Shown here: positions 61,246 to 64,000 of the stretch, piece by piece | How positions within the stretch are numbered: the first letter of the stretch is position 1 | How the letters are laid out: each line of letters opens with the position of its first letter | Source of the DNA: an uncultured Fibrobacteraceae bacterium | GTDB taxonomy: Bacteria > Krumholzibacteriota > Krumholzibacteriia > LZORAL124-64-63 | DNA length: 64,000 bases | Assembly: GCA_964436825.1 (NCBI GenBank) | Contig: CAYTEO010000010.1 | Coordinates: 36-64,035, forward strand | Direction of reading: 5' to 3' | Position numbers and translations under genes: made by a program | The notes under the pieces: generated by a model | What the model was told of the DNA's origin: nothing | The model's input: the letters and a program-made list of their open reading frames with translations, nothing else | Databases searched by the model: none

Positions 61246-62304
61246 ATGCGCATCGCCCAGGTTTCCCCGTTGATCGAGAGCGTCCCGCCGCGCGTCTACG
61301 GCGGGACCGAGAGGGTCGTGTCGTACCTGACCGAGGAGCTGGTCCGGCAGGGTCACGAGGTGACCCTCTTCGCCAGCGGCGACTCGCAGACCAGCGCCGA
61401 GCTGGTGCCGGTGGCCGAGCGCGCCCTGCGCCTGGACGGCCGCTGGCGCGATCCACTGGCCCACCACGTCCGCCTGGTCGACACGGTCGCCAGGCGGGCC
61501 GACGAGTTCGACCTGATCCACTTCCACACCGACTACCTGCACTTCCCGCTGCTGCGGACCATCGCCACGCCCAGCGTGACCACGCTGCACGGCCGGCTCG
61601 ACCTGCCCGACCTGGCGCCGCTCTACGAGCACTTCCGGGAGGTGCCGGTGGTCTCCATCTCCAACGCCCAGCGCCGTCCCCTGCCGGCGGCCAACTGGCA
61701 GGCCACCGTCTACAACGGCCTGCCGAAGGATCTCTACGAGTTCAACCCGCACGGTGGGAGCTACCTGGTCTTCCTGGGGCGCATGTCGCCGGAGAAGGGC
61801 CCCGAGCGTGCCGTCCGCATCGCCCAGGCGGCGGACCGCGAGCTGGTCATGGCGGCCAAGGTCGACGCCGTGGACCGCGACTACTTCGAGACGGTCGTCC
61901 GCCCGCTGCTGGACGACCCGCGGGTCCACTTCCTGGGCGAAGTGGACGACGCCGCGAAGCAGGACCTGCTGGGCAACGCCCTGGCCCTGCTGCTGCCCAT
62001 CGACTGGCCCGAGCCGTTCGGCCTGGTCATGATCGAGGCCATGGCCTGCGGCACGCCGGTCATCGCCTGGCCCCACGGCGCGGTGCCGGAGGTGGTGGCC
62101 GACGGGGAGACGGGGCGGATCGTCGACAGCATCGAGGCCGCCGTGGCGGCCGTCGACGAGGTGGGCGGCCTGGACCGCGCCGCCTGCCGCCGCCGCTTCG
62201 AGGAGCGCTTCTCGGCCGAGCGGATGGCGCGGGACTACGCGGCCGTCTACCGGCGCCTGACGGCGGTCGGGGAGCCCAAGCGGGCCTTCTCGATGGCTTC
62301 CTGA
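61246..62304 (+). CDS. GT4-family glycosyltransferase (GT-B fold, retaining)
   Basis: ATG 61246 with GGGAGG upstream. N-terminus VYGGTERVVSYLTEELVRQGHEVTLFA. C-terminal EX7E-like region PFGLVMIEAMACGTPVIA. Confidence 0.8.
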   Translation: MRIAQVSPLIESVPPRVYGGTERVVSYLTEELVRQGHEVTLFASGDSQTSAELVPVAERALRLDGRWRDPLAHHVRLVDTVARRADEFDLIHFHTDYLHFPLLRTIATPSVTTLHGRLDLPDLAPLYEHFREVPVVSISNAQRRPLPAANWQATVYNGLPKDLYEFNPHGGSYLVFLGRMSPEKGPERAVRIAQAADRELVMAAKVDAVDRDYFETVVRPLLDDPRVHFLGEVDDAAKQDLLGNALALLLPIDWPEPFGLVMIEAMACGTPVIAWPHGAVPEVVADGETGRIVDSIEAAVAAVDEVGGLDRAACRRRFEERFSAERMARDYAAVYRRLTAVGEPKRAFSMAS

Positions 62305-62326
62305 GCGGCGACCGGAGGTGGCAACC

Positions 62327-64000
62327 ATGGACGACATCATCCAGGTGCGGGACCGGTGGTACATCCTGGCCGGCTCGTCGCGCGACGACGACCGGGTCCG
62401 CACCCTCAAGAGTGGCGACACCTTCGCCCTCTGCGACCGCTTCGGCGACGTCCAGCACATCGGCCGGGGCGAGCAGGGGCTGTTCCACGCCGGCACGCGC
62501 CACCTCTCCCGCCTGGAGCTGACCCTGGACGGCCGCCGGCCGATCCTGATGAACTCCAGCATCACCAGCGACAACACCCTGCTGACCGTCGACCTGACCA
62601 ACCCCGACCCGGAGGAGGCGGACGGCCTGCCCCGGGCCACGGTCCACCTCTACCGGGCCGCCTTCCTCTGGGAGGGGGCCCTCTACAGCCGGCTGCGCCT
62701 GGAGAACCACGGCGACCGGCCGGCGGAGATGACGCTGGAGTTGCGGTTCGGGGCCGACTTCGCCGACATCTTCGAGGTCCGCGGCGCCCGGCGGCCGCGA
62801 CGCGGGGAGTTGCTGCCGGTGGAGCGGTATCCTGCCCAGGTGGTCCTGGGCTACCGCGGTCTGGACGGCGTCGTCCGCCGCACCCGCCTGCACTTCGTCC
62901 CGCCCCCCGCAGAGGTGGGCGACGACCGGGTCCTTTTTACGGTCGTCCTGCCGCCGCGGGCCCACCAGGAGATCTACGTGACGATCGCCTGCGAGCAGGG
63001 CGAGCGGGTCGTCGCGGTCACCGACTTCCACGAGGCCCGGCAGCGGTCGCGCGAGGTCCGCGCCGCCCTGGCCGCCACCGCGGCCCGGGTCACGAGCTCC
63101 AACGAGCAGTTCAACGACTGGCTCAACCGCTCGGCCGCCGACCTGGCCATGCTGGTCACCGCCACCCCCCAGGGTCTGTTCCCCTACGCCGGGATCCCCT
63201 GGTTCGCCACGCCGTTCGGCCGCGACGGGATCATCACCGCCCTGCAGACCCTGTGGCTGCAGCCGTCCCTGGCCCGCGGCGTCCTCTCGTACCTGGCGGC
63301 CAACCAGGCCGACGAGGTCGATCCCGATCGCGAGGCCGAACCCGGCAAGATCCTCCACGAGAGCCGCCAGGGCGAGATGCCCGCCCTGGACGAGGTCCCC
63401 TTCCGCCGCTACTACGGCACGGTCGACGCGACGCCGCTGTTCGTGGTCCTGGCCGGCGAGTACTGGCGCCGCACCGGCGACCGCGAGTTCATGATCGAGC
63501 TGTGGCCCCACGTGAAGCGCGCCCTGGCCTGGATCGACGAGTACGGCGACGTGGACGGGGACGGTTTCGTCGAGTACCACCGCCACGGGGAGCGCGGCCT
63601 GCTGCAGCAGGGGTGGAAGGACTCCGACGACACCGTTTTCCACGCGGACGGCCGGCTGGCCGAGGGACCGATCGCCCTCTGCGAGGTCCAGGGCTACGTC
63701 TACCTGGCCCGCCGCCACGGCGCCGAGCTGGCCCGGCTGCACGGCGAGCGCGACCTGGCGGTCCGCCTGCTGCACCAGGCCTGGGAGCTGAAGGCCCGCT
63801 TCGACCGCGAGTTCTGGCTGGACGACCTGGGGACCTACGCCCTGGCCCTGGACGGACGGAAGCGTCCCTGCCGTGTGGTCACCTCCAACGCCGGCCACGC
63901 CCTGGCCACCGGCATCGCTCTCCGGCAGCGTGCGGAGCGGCTGGTCGGGACCCTGCTCTCCGACGCCATGTACAGCGGCTGGGGGGTGCGCACCGTCGCC
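62327..64000 (+). CDS. Amylo-alpha-1,6-glucosidase / glycogen-debranching-enzyme-like protein (GDE_N_bis plus (alpha/alpha)6 GDE_C domains). It is 3'-truncated by the window edge.
   Basis: It is not in the track (no stop before the window end). ATG 62327 with GGAGG 8 nt upstream. By my own translation it contains IPWFATPFGRDGIIT and EPGKILHE...GDGFVEY...GWKDSDD, which are typical of GDE_C-family glucosidases. Confidence 0.7.
   Translation, partial: MDDIIQVRDRWYILAGSSRDDDRVRTLKSGDTFALCDRFGDVQHIGRGEQGLFHAGTRHLSRLELTLDGRRPILMNSSITSDNTLLTVDLTNPDPEEADGLPRATVHLYRAAFLWEGALYSRLRLENHGDRPAEMTLELRFGADFADIFEVRGARRPRRGELLPVERYPAQVVLGYRGLDGVVRRTRLHFVPPPAEVGDDRVLFTVVLPPRAHQEIYVTIACEQGERVVAVTDFHEARQRSREVRAALAATAARVTSSNEQFNDWLNRSAADLAMLVTATPQGLFPYAGIPWFATPFGRDGIITALQTLWLQPSLARGVLSYLAANQADEVDPDREAEPGKILHESRQGEMPALDEVPFRRYYGTVDATPLFVVLAGEYWRRTGDREFMIELWPHVKRALAWIDEYGDVDGDGFVEYHRHGERGLLQQGWKDSDDTVFHADGRLAEGPIALCEVQGYVYLARRHGAELARLHGERDLAVRLLHQAWELKARFDREFWLDDLGTYALALDGRKRPCRVVTSNAGHALATGIALRQRAERLVGTLLSDAMYSGWGVRTVA

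Noticed and set aside
62060-63898. 612-aa minus-strand ORF opposite the GDE-like gene
   Set aside because: A shadow ORF with Ala/Gly/Pro/Arg-rich composition. The plus frame has SD, ATG and GDE_C motifs.
1-64000. Mobile elements, prophage or defence islands
   Set aside because: I found no integrase, transposase or recombinase motifs, no direct repeats flanking a GC-deviant block, and no obvious restriction-modification, TA or CBASS-type gene sets. The AT-rich pockets are short and promoter-sized, not island-sized.

Overview
This is a 64 kb window of a very GC-rich bacterial chromosome, roughly 70% GC by eye. Nearly every frame is open, so the six-frame track is full of long R/G/P/A-rich shadow ORFs. 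I called genes from signal peptides, catalytic motifs, Shine-Dalgarno sites and the frequent 4-nt start/stop overlaps, not from ORF length. Taxonomy is uncertain. Five secreted proteins carry a C-terminal T9SS-type (Por/FlgD-Ig-like) sorting domain, which points to a high-GC member of the FCB group (Gemmatimonadota- or Eisenbacteria-like). The window is mostly chromosomal housekeeping and secretome. It contains a four-gene quinone late-step operon (UbiD-like, UbiE/MenG, UbiX-like, UbiA-like) with 4-nt overlaps at each junction. It also contains an ATP sulfurylase with three PAPS-type sulfotransferases, an SLC13 transporter, cell-envelope proteases and a cyclic-nucleotide signalling pair. I found no rRNA, tRNA, CRISPR array or mobile element. 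The most interesting locus is an unannotated, Cys-rich 60-aa ORF (4563-4745) inside one of the few AT-rich pockets. It has a strong SD and is translationally coupled to a radical SAM/SPASM enzyme (about 4750-6249). This looks like a RiPP (ranthipeptide- or sactipeptide-like) precursor-maturase pair, flanked by a SAM methyltransferase and an ECF sigma/anti-sigma pair. Other points worth a second look are a shared novel repeat domain in two secreted proteins, an internally duplicated Cys-rich zinc-ribbon protein between sat and sod, tandem overlapping Smr minigenes in a transporter operon, and a 30-aa hydrophobic mini-ORF with its own promoter and SD that resembles a type I toxin. All coordinates of short motifs were read by eye and may be off by 1-2 nt.
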